Assembly: GCA_002269645.1 (NCBI GenBank)
Contig: NIVC01005243.1
Coordinates: 1-18,497 of the forward strand
DNA length: 18,497 bases
Source of the DNA: Macrostomum lignano
Taxonomy: Eukaryota
Direction: 5' to 3'
Under the pieces are notes generated by a model. It was not told where the DNA came from. It did no database searches and saw only the letters and a list, made by a program, of their open reading frames with translations. The position numbers and the translations under genes were made by a program. Positions 17,887 to 18,497 of this stretch are shown in pieces; the stretch's first letter is position 1, and the number at the start of each line of letters is the position of its first letter.

Positions 17887-18229
17887 CAAATAAATGCAAT
17901 ACACGTTTTTTAATAAGCAACATGTAGCTAAGCCTTGAAATCTTAAAAAATCTCCTGTCAAACTTCTAACCATAACCCCAACCCTAACATAACCCTAAAT
18001 TGAATATTTTGTTCACGAGTTTTTGCATGATGCTTGCATTATTTTTTGCATGACGCTTCCATAAATATTTTTAATAGGCTACTACATGAGCTAAGTTATA
18101 AGCTACCCTAACCCTAGCCCTAAGCCAAATCTTAACGCTATACCCTGAACCTAACACTAAACCTTGAAACCCTAACACCAATCCTAACACTAACCCTACA
18201 GCCTGACATTTTCATAAGTTTGTGAAGCG

Positions 18230-18448
18230 CTTATGCACCAAATTTTTGTGAACAGAATATTCTCAGTGAAATGAAATATTTGAAGCTTTATTTATTCCCG
18301 GCATAGCACATCACTACAAAGAACGTGCATATACGCGTACCATTTAATACTGGCATACTTTAAGCGTAGGATGATACGAAACTGCGTGAATAAATTCGCC
18401 GAACTATTAAACATTTCTGTTAGTTTCACGATTATTATACACAGTACA
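18230..18448. repeat. About 220-bp dispersed repeat C, copy 2
   Basis: Direct-orientation diverged copy of 4090-4309 (offset about 14,140). Confidence 0.9.
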
Positions 18449-18497
18449 TGTACAAAGTAACAGTACTGTTCAACTGTACTGTTACGAGCTACAACAA

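Larger units (their letters stand above)
17858..18497 (-). mobile_element. 3' portion of a second Helitron-family element lying head-to-tail with the first
   Basis: Ends in hairpin-CTAG at 17858; carries the CCCTAA-rich unit and repeat C; its 5' part is beyond the window end. Confidence 0.6.

Overview
Eukaryotic DNA (spliceosomal introns; probably an invertebrate animal) occupied almost entirely by a large Helitron rolling-circle transposon on the minus strand. I reconstructed a 9-exon RepHel gene by hand (13236->6226, about 1835 aa). Its domains are ten 23-aa STPR-like repeats, an OTU cysteine protease, a Zn finger/Helitron N-terminal region, an HUH Rep and a PIF1-family helicase. All 8 splice junctions are phase-consistent, one intron is GC-AG, and there is one 1-nt frameshift in a G run at 10331-10334. 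Downstream in the same orientation is an RPA70-like gene reduced to two OB folds (2567->about 1359/996). Divergent from it is a 2-exon plus-strand gene that the ORF track misses (3391-4003), encoding an RG/G-rich segment, a CX2CX3HX4C zinc knuckle and a polyQ/P tail. Both minus-strand genes are followed by the same 124-bp element and a 20-bp minisatellite array. The 5' region carries two arrays of a 22-23-bp TGACG satellite and several degenerate copies of a Helitron 3'-end unit. At 17857/17858 an intact hairpin-CTAG 3' end abuts a TC 5' end (head-to-tail junction). The 3' end of the main element is not visible and probably lies left of position 1.
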